Assembly (NCBI GenBank): GCA_965243135.1
Contig: OZ251539.1
Coordinates: 3,136,001-3,200,000 of the forward strand
Source of the DNA: Alphaproteobacteria bacterium
Lineage (GTDB): Bacteria; Pseudomonadota; Alphaproteobacteria; MPNO01; UBA830
DNA: 64,000 nt
Direction of reading: 5' to 3'
Shown here one piece after another: positions 51,942-61,481 of this stretch. Within the stretch, counting starts at the first letter, position 1. The number at the start of each line of letters is the position of its first letter. The notes below the pieces were generated by a model. It saw nothing but the letters and a program-made list of their open reading frames with translations, was not told the origin of the DNA and ran no database searches. Both the position numbers and the translations under genes were made by a program.

Positions 51942-53464
51942 TGAAACGCGACGAGACTGCCTGGATCAGACACCACTCCCGCGTCGTCGACCAGCGGGAC
52001 TATCGGTTGCCGTCCATGTGGGCGCCGCGTTCGGCGCCGCGTTCGGCGCCGCGCGCGGCCCAATCCGAGAGCGGCCGTACCGTCCACGCGTCCGGGCGAA
52101 ACCGCGAACTCGCGAACCGGATCGTCTCGATGCTGGCCGACGCCGAAGAGCGGGTCGTGTTGTCGAGTTTTCTGCTTGCCGACCGCGATATAGAAGACGC
52201 GATCCTCGCCGCCGCCGCGCGCAAGGTGCGCGTCTACATTCTGCTGGCGTCGGAAGCGCGGCTCGACATCGAGGACAAGGACGGCGAGTTCGAGCAGGCC
52301 ATGCGCGACCAGCATCGGGAGATGCTGTTGCGTCTCGGCGGCCATGCCCTTTTCCGCTCGGCGCCGCACTTCCACGCGAAGTTCGTCCTGGCCGACCCCG
52401 GCGGCGGCGGCGGCGCCGGTCTCCTGCTCACAGCGAACCTCACCAGGGAAGCGCTCCAACGCAACGAAGAGCTGGGCGTGGAGTTGACTCCCGAAGAAGT
52501 GAAGGAAACGTTCGCGCTTGCGCGTTGGGCGTTCTGGGAGTACGCCGAGCATGAATTCGTCGACCCGACGGATCGCTTCAAGTCGGTCAAACCTTTGGGA
52601 TCGGTGGACCATCCGGAACCGTCGTCCCACGTTCCGGCGACGACGTCCGAATCCCGGGAGCTGCTCGCCGAAGCCACGCGTCTCGTCGAGGCCGCTTCCG
52701 GGAAACTCGTCGCCGCCAGCTTCGGATGGGACAAGGACCACGAGATCGTCGAGTTCCTGCGCGTCCGCGCCCGCGAGGGCCTTGACGTGACGGCGCTCGC
52801 CCGCATACGGCCAAGCCAGATGCCTGCGCTTCTCGCCCTCGCCGAATCGGGAGTGCGCGTCTTCGGTTTCAAATGGCTTCACGCCAAAGCGCTGTGCGCC
52901 GACGGCGACAAGGCGCTCGTCATGTCCGCGAACCTGCAACCCGACGGACTCGACCGCGGTTTCGAGTTGGGCGTGCGGCTGAACGGCGATCGCGCCCTGG
53001 AAGTTCGAGATCGACTGGATCAATGGTCCAAGGCTGCCCGTTTTGAACTCCTCGCAGCCCCGACGCTGGGCGACATCCAGGGCGACGCCTTGGCATGGCG
53101 CGAGAACCGACTTGACGAGATGACGGTCGAAGCCGAGCGCCGCATCGACCTCGGGCCGGTCACGGCGGAGTCCGCGGACAGACTGGACGACGCCGCGCCT
53201 CCGGATCCCCCGCCCGCAGGCGATTTACCCGAACTCGCGCACAGCGTCGTTTACGAATGGCGAACGCAGGCTCCCGTTCTCGCCAAGAATGCGAAGCCGG
53301 TGCTCCACGCCGGGAAGAACGAAAAACCCGCTCCCTACGACCTTCCGGTATTCGATGAACCGGGCGGCAGACGCGTCGTGGCGGTCGACTCCGAATTGCA
53401 GATACCCGAGGCACAGGAGATAGCCGCCAGCGCAAAGGCCGCCGCGATCGTGGTCAAGGAGTGA
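51941..53464 (+). CDS. Phospholipase D-family nuclease with two HKD motifs
   Basis: TAATG overlap; FHAKFVLAD...LLTANLT...NEELGV and LHAKALCAD...VMSANL...FELGV; no signal peptide. Confidence 0.88.
   Translation: MKRDETAWIRHHSRVVDQRDYRLPSMWAPRSAPRSAPRAAQSESGRTVHASGRNRELANRIVSMLADAEERVVLSSFLLADRDIEDAILAAAARKVRVYILLASEARLDIEDKDGEFEQAMRDQHREMLLRLGGHALFRSAPHFHAKFVLADPGGGGGAGLLLTANLTREALQRNEELGVELTPEEVKETFALARWAFWEYAEHEFVDPTDRFKSVKPLGSVDHPEPSSHVPATTSESRELLAEATRLVEAASGKLVAASFGWDKDHEIVEFLRVRAREGLDVTALARIRPSQMPALLALAESGVRVFGFKWLHAKALCADGDKALVMSANLQPDGLDRGFELGVRLNGDRALEVRDRLDQWSKAARFELLAAPTLGDIQGDALAWRENRLDEMTVEAERRIDLGPVTAESADRLDDAAPPDPPPAGDLPELAHSVVYEWRTQAPVLAKNAKPVLHAGKNEKPAPYDLPVFDEPGGRRVVAVDSELQIPEAQEIAASAKAAAIVVKE
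52022..52053 (+). repeat. In-frame 12-bp tandem repeat GCGCCGCGTTCG (about 2.7 copies; APRS APRS APR)
   Basis: Direct reading of 52022-52053. Confidence 0.75.
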
Positions 53465-54004
53465 TAAACCGGAAAGCCGCGCGCGACAGCAGGCCCAAGT
53501 CCGTCGTTTCCTGCTTTTTTGCTTCGGAGATCCGGGGCGAAGACCGGGCCGAGGCCCGGCCGCGAAAGCCGAACGCGACATGCCGCTTGGCCAAAAAAAA
53601 AGCGGCGGGCAGTCCTCTCCGGCAGCATCGCGTTGTGTCGCTGTCAAACTGCAACATGAGGAGCGTCCATGGAACGTTGGCGTACCGGCGAAGCGGAAGC
53701 TTCTCGCGGCGGCCGAGCGAACGCACGTTTCGCCGAACCCGTAGCCGGACGTTGCGCTTCCTGAAGCAACGGCCGAACTGCGTCGCCGCCGGTCAAGCCG
53801 TTCGTCAATCGTCGGAAGAACGACCCGCCTGTCCGTGCCGTTGAGCGCCGCCAACCTTCAGGAAGGAGGCGGGCGACGCGACGGCGCGCGGCAAAAGGCG
53901 GCGAACCGCAAAAGATCGCGACGGCGCGAACGCCTCGCTTTGACGGCCCTTGCGACGATGCCTATCTTCCGGCGCGATCCGTCTCCGCAAGCGAAAGGGC
54001 GCAG

Positions 54005-54772
54005 ATGTACCTGCTGAGCATCGAGGGCCGCGTCGTCATCGTGACCGGCGGCGGCAAGGGCATCGGGCGCGTCTACTGCCGCGAACTGGCGAAGGCCGGA
54101 GCGAGAGTCGTGGCCGCCGACATCGACCGCGACGCGAACGAAGACACGGTCGCTGAGATCAGGGCCGCCGGAGGCGAGGCCATCGCGGCGACGACCGACG
54201 TCTCCGACGAAGGACAGACCGTCGAAATGGCGCGCAGAACCGTCGAAGCGTTCGGCCGCATCGACGGACTGGTCAACAACGCCTCGCTCATGAGCGTGCT
54301 CGAACGCCGCGACTGGAACCTTATCCCGGTCGACGAGTGGGACCGCGTCATGGAGGTCAACCTTCGCGGCATCTTTCTCGGCTGCAAGGCGGTGTTTCCG
54401 CAGATGAAGGATCAGGGCGGCGGCAAGATCGTCAACATTTCCTCGGGCCGGTTCTGGAGCGGCACGCCCAACCGCCTTCACTATTCCACCTCCAAGGCCG
54501 GAGTCATCGGCCTCACCCGTTCGCTGGCCCGCGAGGTCGGACCGGATAACGTCTGCGTCAACGCCGTCACGCCCGGCTTCACGCTTTCGGACACCCAGGT
54601 CGCCTCGTCCGGCGAATACGCTCAGACCAACGCGCCGCCCGAGGACAGATGCATCCGGCGCCACCAGTACCCGGAAGATCTCGCGGGCGCGGTGATGTTT
54701 CTGCTGTCGCCGGGGAGCGACTTCATCTCCGGACAGACCCTGAACGTGGACGGCGGCCAGCACATGCATTGA
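54005..54772 (+). CDS. SDR family NAD(P)-dependent oxidoreductase
   Basis: TGGGKGIG, LVNNA, YSTSK catalytic motif, GQTLNVDGG. Confidence 0.93.
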   Translation: MYLLSIEGRVVIVTGGGKGIGRVYCRELAKAGARVVAADIDRDANEDTVAEIRAAGGEAIAATTDVSDEGQTVEMARRTVEAFGRIDGLVNNASLMSVLERRDWNLIPVDEWDRVMEVNLRGIFLGCKAVFPQMKDQGGGKIVNISSGRFWSGTPNRLHYSTSKAGVIGLTRSLAREVGPDNVCVNAVTPGFTLSDTQVASSGEYAQTNAPPEDRCIRRHQYPEDLAGAVMFLLSPGSDFISGQTLNVDGGQHMH

Positions 54773-54818
54773 AGCCCGGTTCCGCGGCATGAGGACCGGA
54801 AAGGACGAGGAGAACGCG

Positions 54819-56282
54819 ATGCCGGAAGGCAGGGGTTACGGCGAATACGATCGGCCGCACGAGGACCTGCGCGAATGGATCGAACGCGCGGAAAATCTGG
54901 GCGAGCTGATGCGCATCGACGGCGTCGACTGGAACCTGGAAATGGGTTCGGTCGCCGAGATGATCTATCACGCCAAACCCGACAACCCGCCGGCGATTCT
55001 GTTCCAGAACGTTCCCGGCTACCCGTCCGACTACAGCGTTCTGTCGGGCGCGACGAATTCCATGAACAGGCTTGCGATGACGCTGGGTTTCCCGAAGCCC
55101 GACGGCCCGCTCGACGTCGTGCAGTGCTACCGCGACCGCCTGAAGGACTTCGAGATCGTCCCGCCCCGCGAGCTGAACGCCGGCCCGGTGATGGAGAACG
55201 TCGACCGGGACGGCGAGGTCGACGTCTACAAGTTCCCGATCCCGTTCCTGCACGAGGAGGACGGCGGGCGATATTTCGGAACGGCGGATCTGGTCACGAT
55301 CCGGGATCCGGACAGCGACTGGGTCAATCTCGGAACCTACCGGGTGATGGTCCACGACAGGAACACGGTCGGGCTGTGGATGTCGCCCGGCAAGCACGGA
55401 CGGCAGATCCGCGAGAAATACTTCGCGCAAGGAAAGCCCTGCCCGGTCGCGATCAGCGTCGGACAGGACCCCCTCCTTTTCCTGTCGGCGGCGAACGAGG
55501 TGCATTGGGGCACGCCGGAATTCTCGCATGCGGGCGGGCATCGAGGGATTCCCTTCGACATCACCAGAACCGAGCTTCACGGACTGCCGATGGCGGCCGC
55601 GGCGGAGATCGTTCTCGAGGGCGAGATCATGCCCGACGAGAAGCGCGTCGAGGGCCCGTTCGGCGAATGGACCGGCTATTACGCCAGCGCCGAGCGCGAA
55701 GACTACGTCGTCAAAATTCGGCGCGTCTACCACCGCGACCGACCGATCCACACAATGGCGCGGCCGGGGCGTCCTCCGTCCGACTACTCGTTTTCGAAAT
55801 GCACCGTCAAGGCGGCGATGATCTGGGACGACGTGGAAAGAGCGGGACTTCCCGGCGTCCACGGAGTCTGGAGCATGGAGTTCGGCGGCGGACGCATGTT
55901 CAACGTCGTCGCGATCGAACAGAAATATCCCGGCCACGCCCGGCAGGCGCTGCTGCTGACGGCGGGGTCGCACGCGGCCAACTATCTCGGACGGTTCGTC
56001 GTCGTCGTCGATCACGACATCGATCCGACGAGCGTGCACGACGTCATGTGGGCGGTGGCGTCGCGCTGCGACCCGGAGCACGACATCGACATCATTCGCC
56101 GGACCTGGTCGGGTCCGCTCGATCCGATGAAGCGACCGGGCGAGAACATGAACTCGCGCGCGCTGATCGACGCCTGCCGGCCTTTCGAGTGGATCGACGA
56201 ATTCCCGCACGTCGCCGAAGCCAGCCCGGCCGAACGCGAGCGAATTCGGAAGAAGTTCGGCCACCTGCTCGCACGTCTCTGA
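54819..56282 (+). CDS. UbiD-family prFMN-dependent (de)carboxylase
   Basis: HEEDGGRY, NLGTYR, EIVLEG, EGPFGEWTGYY, VVVDHDIDP; RBS GAGGAG before the ATG at 54819. Confidence 0.92.
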   Translation: MPEGRGYGEYDRPHEDLREWIERAENLGELMRIDGVDWNLEMGSVAEMIYHAKPDNPPAILFQNVPGYPSDYSVLSGATNSMNRLAMTLGFPKPDGPLDVVQCYRDRLKDFEIVPPRELNAGPVMENVDRDGEVDVYKFPIPFLHEEDGGRYFGTADLVTIRDPDSDWVNLGTYRVMVHDRNTVGLWMSPGKHGRQIREKYFAQGKPCPVAISVGQDPLLFLSAANEVHWGTPEFSHAGGHRGIPFDITRTELHGLPMAAAAEIVLEGEIMPDEKRVEGPFGEWTGYYASAEREDYVVKIRRVYHRDRPIHTMARPGRPPSDYSFSKCTVKAAMIWDDVERAGLPGVHGVWSMEFGGGRMFNVVAIEQKYPGHARQALLLTAGSHAANYLGRFVVVVDHDIDPTSVHDVMWAVASRCDPEHDIDIIRRTWSGPLDPMKRPGENMNSRALIDACRPFEWIDEFPHVAEASPAERERIRKKFGHLLARL

Positions 56283-56496
56283 CCTGCCGGGCCGCCCGGC
56301 GCGCCGACGAGTCGGAAAACGGCAGGGCCGCGGGACCCGGGAACGGCGCCGCGGACGCGCCGGGCGGCGTCGCGCGTCTCGAAGGAAGACCGTCAACGGC
56401 TTCCGGGAGTTCGAAATCGCGGACCGGGAGTATTTCCGGACGAAAGGAAGACGCGGGGCGGCCTGCGCGGGACGCCCCTCGCCCAGGGAGACCGCC

Positions 56497-56940
56497 ATGT
56501 CGGCAAAAGCCAAACCCGTCGGTATCAACCATATCGCGCTCGAAGTCGGCGACATTCGGGAAGCGCTCGATTTCTACGGCGGCTTTCTTGAGCTGGAAGT
56601 CGTCTCGCGGAACGAAAAGGCCGCTTTCGTCTATTTCGGGGACCAGTTCATCAACTTCATCGCCGGCCGCACCCAGGGTCCGGACCAGCGGCGTCATTTC
56701 GGCATCGCGGTCGACGACAAACCGCTGGTTCGCGAACGCCTGACGGAGATGGGCGTCGAACTGATCGGCGGCCGGTTTCTGGACTTCCTCGACCCGTGGG
56801 GCAACCGGGTCGAAATCACGACTTACGAGAATATCCAGTTCACCAAGGCGGACCATGTCCTCCGGGGCATGGGACTCGGGCATCTGAAGAAGACCGAAGC
56901 CGCCCTGAAGGAATTGGCCGAAAAAGGCATGGCGCCCTGA
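56497..56940 (+). CDS. VOC/glyoxalase family protein
   Basis: GINHIALEV, RHFGIAVDD, FLDPWGNRVEI. Confidence 0.9.
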   Translation: MSAKAKPVGINHIALEVGDIREALDFYGGFLELEVVSRNEKAAFVYFGDQFINFIAGRTQGPDQRRHFGIAVDDKPLVRERLTEMGVELIGGRFLDFLDPWGNRVEITTYENIQFTKADHVLRGMGLGHLKKTEAALKELAEKGMAP

Positions 56941-57127
56941 ACGCCGTCCCGATTCCTCGGCCGGCGACGGCCTGCCGGCCCGCGCCTCCCCTGCCCGACG
57001 GTCCGGCGGCGAACGTGACAGGTTTCCCCGAAAGCCGCCGCCGCCGGGAGCGAAAGCCTTCCGAAACGCGTCCGTTTCCGGCGGCGGGAACCAGGGCCCG
57101 AACGACGATAGGGAGGCTCGACGGGAG

Positions 57128-59200
57128 ATGACTCGGAACCGCATCGGGGTCGACGTCGGCGGCACCTTCACCGACCTTGCCGTCGTCGACGGAGAAGGCG
57201 GCATCCGGGCGGTCAAGGCCTTTTCGACGCCCGGCGCGCCCGAACGGGGCGTCTTCGACGTTCTGGACCGCGCCGCCTCCGTCTTCCGTATGCCGGTGGA
57301 GGACATCCTGGCGGAAGCGGACGCCTTCGCCCATGGAACCACCGTTTCGACCAACGCGCTGATCGAGCGGAACGGCGCCCGCGTCGGCGCTCTCCTCACC
57401 CATGGTTTCGAGGACACCCTGGCCATCGGCCGCGGCCCGGTCGGGCGAGTCGGCGGCCTGCCGCAGTCCAGCGCGATGGACTTCGTTCATACGGAACCGC
57501 CGGCCCCGCTGGTGGCGCGGAACATGGTCCGCGGCGTTTTCGAACGCATCGGTTCGGACGGGCGAATCGTCGCGCCGCTCGACGAGGCCCGGCTTCGCGA
57601 GGCGATCGGCGCGCTGCTGGACTCCGGCGCCGAGAGTCTCGCCGTCTGTCTCTTGTGGTCGTTTCGCAACCCCGTTCACGAACGCCGCGTGGCCGCCGTC
57701 GCCGCGGAGATGGCGCCCGGGCTTCCGGTCAGCCTGTCCTGCGACATCGCGCCGAAAATGGGTGAATTCGAACGCGCAGTGACTACGGCCGTGAACGCCT
57801 TCGTCGGTCCGGTTACCCGGAACTATGCGGCAAACCTGGAGGCCGGGCTATCGAACAGGGGGCTCGGCAGCCCTCTTCGCATCATCACTTCCCGCGGCGG
57901 CGCGGTTCGCGCCGAAGACGCCGGCCGCGAAGCCGTCTCGGTGGTCAACTCCGGACCGGCGGGCGGCCTTGTCGCCGCGCGGTATCTCGGCGATTTTCTC
58001 GGCCATGAACGAATCATCACCGCCGACATGGGAGGAACCAGCTTCGACGTAGGCCTGATCGACGGCGACGCTTTGGAAGAGGAACCGCGGCCGTTCCTCG
58101 GCCAGGGCCTGCCGGTCCTCCTGCCGGCGGCCCGACTCGTCACCATCGGCGCCGGCGGCGGCAGCGTCGCCTGGACCGACGGTTACGGACTGCGCGTGGG
58201 ACCGCGCAGCGCCGGCGCCGAACCCGGTCCGGCGGCTTACGGACGGGGCGGCTCGGAGCCCACCGTCACCGACGCCCTGATCGTCTGCGGCGTCATCGAC
58301 CCCGAATTCTTTTTCGGCGGCGCGCTCGACCCCGATCTCGCCGCGCGCGCCGTCGCCGACCGGATCGCCCGGCCGCTCGGCATGACGCTCCACGACGCGG
58401 CCTCCGGAATCGTCGAAGTCGTCAACGCGCGAATGGCGAACCTCATCCGCAAGGTTTCGATCGAAAGCGGCCACGACCCGGACGATTTCACGCTGTACGC
58501 CTATGGCGGCGCCACGGGCGCTCATTTCGCGGATTTCGCGAGGCAACTCGGCATTCGGAAGGTCGTTCTGCCGTACGCGGGACCCGTCTTCTCCGCGCTC
58601 GGCGTGGCGATCGCCGACATCGTCCATATGCACGCGCGCTCGGAGCCCGTTCCTCTCTGCGAAGCGGCGACGGCGGTCGCGAACCGCAATTTCGGGGAAC
58701 TCGAAGAACTCGCCCGCAACGATCCCGGCGACCGCTGGGTCCTTCGCCGCCGGATCGAGATGCGCTACCGCGGGCAGATGAACGAAGTCACCGTCGACTG
58801 GCCGAAAGAGGCCATGTCCGACGGAGACGACGCCGTCCTCCGGAGACTCTTCGAAACCGAATACGAACGCCGGTTCGGCGCCGGCGTCGCAAGACCGGAA
58901 TCGCCTCTCGAGCTGGTCAGTTTCCGCGTCGACGCGGCGCTTCCGACCCGCAGGCCGGATCCGGCTCCGCTTCGCTTCGGAAAGCCGGAGCCGGTTTCGA
59001 GGACGCGCAGGATCCACGCGCGCGGCGCCGGCTGGATCGAGGCGGCCGTCCACGAATTCGGGGCGCTGACTCCCGGAACGGAGATCGGCGGGCCTGCCGT
59101 GATCGAACGGGACATGACCACGATCTGGTTGCCGAAAGGCGTCAGGGCGACGCTCGACGCGTACGGCAATCTTGCGGCGGACACCGGAGACGCCCGATGA
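57128..59200 (+). CDS. Hydantoinase/oxoprolinase subunit A (ATP-binding)
   Basis: IGVDVGGTFTD, HGTTVSTN, SGPAGG, DMGGTSFDV, IGAGGGS, SAGAEPGP. Confidence 0.93.
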   Translation: MTRNRIGVDVGGTFTDLAVVDGEGGIRAVKAFSTPGAPERGVFDVLDRAASVFRMPVEDILAEADAFAHGTTVSTNALIERNGARVGALLTHGFEDTLAIGRGPVGRVGGLPQSSAMDFVHTEPPAPLVARNMVRGVFERIGSDGRIVAPLDEARLREAIGALLDSGAESLAVCLLWSFRNPVHERRVAAVAAEMAPGLPVSLSCDIAPKMGEFERAVTTAVNAFVGPVTRNYAANLEAGLSNRGLGSPLRIITSRGGAVRAEDAGREAVSVVNSGPAGGLVAARYLGDFLGHERIITADMGGTSFDVGLIDGDALEEEPRPFLGQGLPVLLPAARLVTIGAGGGSVAWTDGYGLRVGPRSAGAEPGPAAYGRGGSEPTVTDALIVCGVIDPEFFFGGALDPDLAARAVADRIARPLGMTLHDAASGIVEVVNARMANLIRKVSIESGHDPDDFTLYAYGGATGAHFADFARQLGIRKVVLPYAGPVFSALGVAIADIVHMHARSEPVPLCEAATAVANRNFGELEELARNDPGDRWVLRRRIEMRYRGQMNEVTVDWPKEAMSDGDDAVLRRLFETEYERRFGAGVARPESPLELVSFRVDAALPTRRPDPAPLRFGKPEPVSRTRRIHARGAGWIEAAVHEFGALTPGTEIGGPAVIERDMTTIWLPKGVRATLDAYGNLAADTGDAR

Positions 59201-61224
59201 ACGCTCCCGACCCCGTGACCTTCGAGGTGATCAAGCATCGCCTCTGGCAGATCAACGACGAACAGGGGATCGCGATCAAGACCATTTCCGCGTCCCCGAT
59301 CGTGGTGGAGGGCAACGATTACAACGTCGGACTGTTCACCGCGGAAGCGGAGCTCGTGACGGCGGGCATCGGCTCGCTGGTTCACGTCACCACGATGGGC
59401 GACGCTCTCAAATCCGTCATCGAGGGGGCGAGCGACATCCGCGACGGCGACGCCTTCATGACCAACGATCCGTTTCTGGGCGCGCTCCACCAGAACGACG
59501 TCGTCATGGCGAGCCCCGTCTTCCGGGACGGAGAGATATTCATGTGGGCGGCGAACGTCCTGCATCATGCGGACGTAGGCGGCATCGACGCGGGCAGTTT
59601 CTGCATCAACGCCCGAACGATCTTCGAAGATCCGCCGCGGTTCTTCATGAAGATCGTCGATCGGGGCAAGCCCGTCAGGGAAGCGGAGCACACCTTCGTC
59701 TCGAATTCCCGGCTCCCGGATTCCGTCGCGCTCGACCTGCGGGCCCAGATCGGCGCGCTCAACGTCGCCCGCGAAAGGCTTCGCGAGCTGCTGGACGAAC
59801 GCGGCCGCGATCTGGTTCGCGCCGTGATGAAGCGCTCGATCGACGTCGCCGAACGCCGGGTTCGCGAACTCGTTCGCGAACTGCCGGACGGCTCCTGGAA
59901 CGGCGAAGCGTTCATGGACGGAGTGCGCGTCGGAGACGAGCGCATCTGCCGGGTCGCGCTGACGCTGCGCTGCGACGGCGACCGGCTGCATTTCGACTAC
60001 GCCGGTTCGTCGGATCAGGTGGACGCGGCGGTCAACAGCACCTACTCCGCCACTTTCGCGGGTTCGGCCGTGCCGCTGTACGCGTTCCTGTGCCAGGGCG
60101 ACATCGACTGGAACGACGGTCTCAAGCGATGCATTTCGGTCGCCGCGCCGGAAGGCAGCGTGGTCAACGCCCGTCATCCGGCGCCCGTCAGCATCTCGAC
60201 GGTCGGGTTTCGCTGGCTCGTCACGGTGGCGGCGACTCAGGCGGTCGCCCGCATGTTCGCGGACTCGGAGCGCTTCCGGGATCGCGCTTGCCCGTCCTGG
60301 AACTCCTCCAGCAATTGCAACAATATCTTCGCCGCGTTGCCGGACGGCAGGCGGGCGGGAGCGCTGCTGTCGGATCACCGCGGATCCGGCGCGGCCGGGC
60401 GCTCCTTCGCCGACGGCTTTCACCATGCCGGCACGGTGACGTCCTACGCGAGCAGCCTGGGCAACGTCGAGGCGACCGAATGGAAGCTTCCCGTGCGCTA
60501 CCTCTATCGCCGGAGGCTGCCGGATTCCGGCGGTCCCGGCGAATTCCGCGGAGGCTTGACCTCGGAGGCCGCGCTGACTCCCTACGGGGTCGAGGAGCTC
60601 GCGCTCAAATCGACCAACACCGCGGGAACGGAACAGACCAACGCCCACGGCATGGAGGGAGGATATCCGGGGGCCGGCTCCCAGACGGCCATCGTCCGCT
60701 GTGCGCTTCCGCTCCCGGGCGAAGAAATTCCTTCCTTGCAGGATTTTCCCGGAACGCTAACGTGGTTGCCGTCGAAGGCCGACGAGATCGTCCGGGCGGG
60801 CGACGTCTTCGCCTTCTGGGCGGCGGGCGGCGGCGGCTTCGGCGATCCCCTGAGCCGCCCGCCCGAAAGGGTCGCGCAGGATGTCGCCGACGGCGCAGTA
60901 TCGGCGGAGGTCGCCGCTTCCGTTTACGGCGTCGCTCTCGCCGAAGGAGGACGGCCGCGCGAGGACGCCACCGCGGAACGCCGGAAAGCCATCCGAAACG
61001 CGCGCATGAGCGCGGGCCGGATCGTTCGCGGAGGCATCCGATGCGGAAATTGCGGACAGGATGAAACTTTCAGGATCTCCCGCCATCCCCTTCGACGCGC
61101 CGGTCCGTGGGTTGCGCGGCGCCACGACGGCGACGGACCGAACTTCGTGCTGGAGGAAACCTGCTGCGGCGCTTGCGGCGCGCTTCTCGACGTCCGGGAG
61201 GCGCGAAGAACAGCCGAAACGTAG
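59197..61224 (+). CDS. Hydantoinase B/oxoprolinase subunit with a C-terminal Cys-rich (acetone carboxylase gamma-like) extension
   Basis: NDPFLGALHQND, HHADVGG, DSGGPGEFRGG, GGGGFGDPL; tail IRCGNCG...EETCCGACGALLDV. Confidence 0.9.
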   Translation: MNAPDPVTFEVIKHRLWQINDEQGIAIKTISASPIVVEGNDYNVGLFTAEAELVTAGIGSLVHVTTMGDALKSVIEGASDIRDGDAFMTNDPFLGALHQNDVVMASPVFRDGEIFMWAANVLHHADVGGIDAGSFCINARTIFEDPPRFFMKIVDRGKPVREAEHTFVSNSRLPDSVALDLRAQIGALNVARERLRELLDERGRDLVRAVMKRSIDVAERRVRELVRELPDGSWNGEAFMDGVRVGDERICRVALTLRCDGDRLHFDYAGSSDQVDAAVNSTYSATFAGSAVPLYAFLCQGDIDWNDGLKRCISVAAPEGSVVNARHPAPVSISTVGFRWLVTVAATQAVARMFADSERFRDRACPSWNSSSNCNNIFAALPDGRRAGALLSDHRGSGAAGRSFADGFHHAGTVTSYASSLGNVEATEWKLPVRYLYRRRLPDSGGPGEFRGGLTSEAALTPYGVEELALKSTNTAGTEQTNAHGMEGGYPGAGSQTAIVRCALPLPGEEIPSLQDFPGTLTWLPSKADEIVRAGDVFAFWAAGGGGFGDPLSRPPERVAQDVADGAVSAEVAASVYGVALAEGGRPREDATAERRKAIRNARMSAGRIVRGGIRCGNCGQDETFRISRHPLRRAGPWVARRHDGDGPNFVLEETCCGACGALLDVREARRTAET

Positions 61225-61234
61225 AGGAACGGGC

Positions 61235-61396
61235 GTTGAAACCGCGGGAGTCGTCGACCTCGGAAAGATGCGAGGTCCGCTGGCGCGTCGCCTCTCGACC
61301 GGCGGCTTCGGGACGTTGGGCTCCGATATCCGAAGGGAAGCGTTGGACGCCGCCGCCGCATCGGCCTGCCGCTTTGCGGCTCCGTCGGGGAAGTGA
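61235..61396 (+). pseudogene. Remnant N-terminus of a beta-hydroxyacid (3-hydroxyisobutyrate-type) dehydrogenase
   Basis: VETAGVVDLGKMRGPLARRL..GGF...G.DI..EAL is a decayed GxxGLGxMGxPMARRL Rossmann start; GAGG upstream, no intact start codon, early stop. Confidence 0.55.
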
Positions 61397-61481
61397 TAAA
61401 AGGCGTCGAGATTCGGTCAGGGAATGCCGACGGAGAAGTGACGATTCGCCTGCCGTCTCGGCGTCGAAGGGGGAGACATTG

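Noticed and set aside
40800-54000. Integrative element or prophage call for the defence-like block
   Set aside because: No integrase, transposase, tRNA target, phage genes or flanking direct repeats seen.
53465-54004. Short ORFs after the PLD gene
   Set aside because: Low-complexity translations without motifs; treated as intergenic or eroded DNA.
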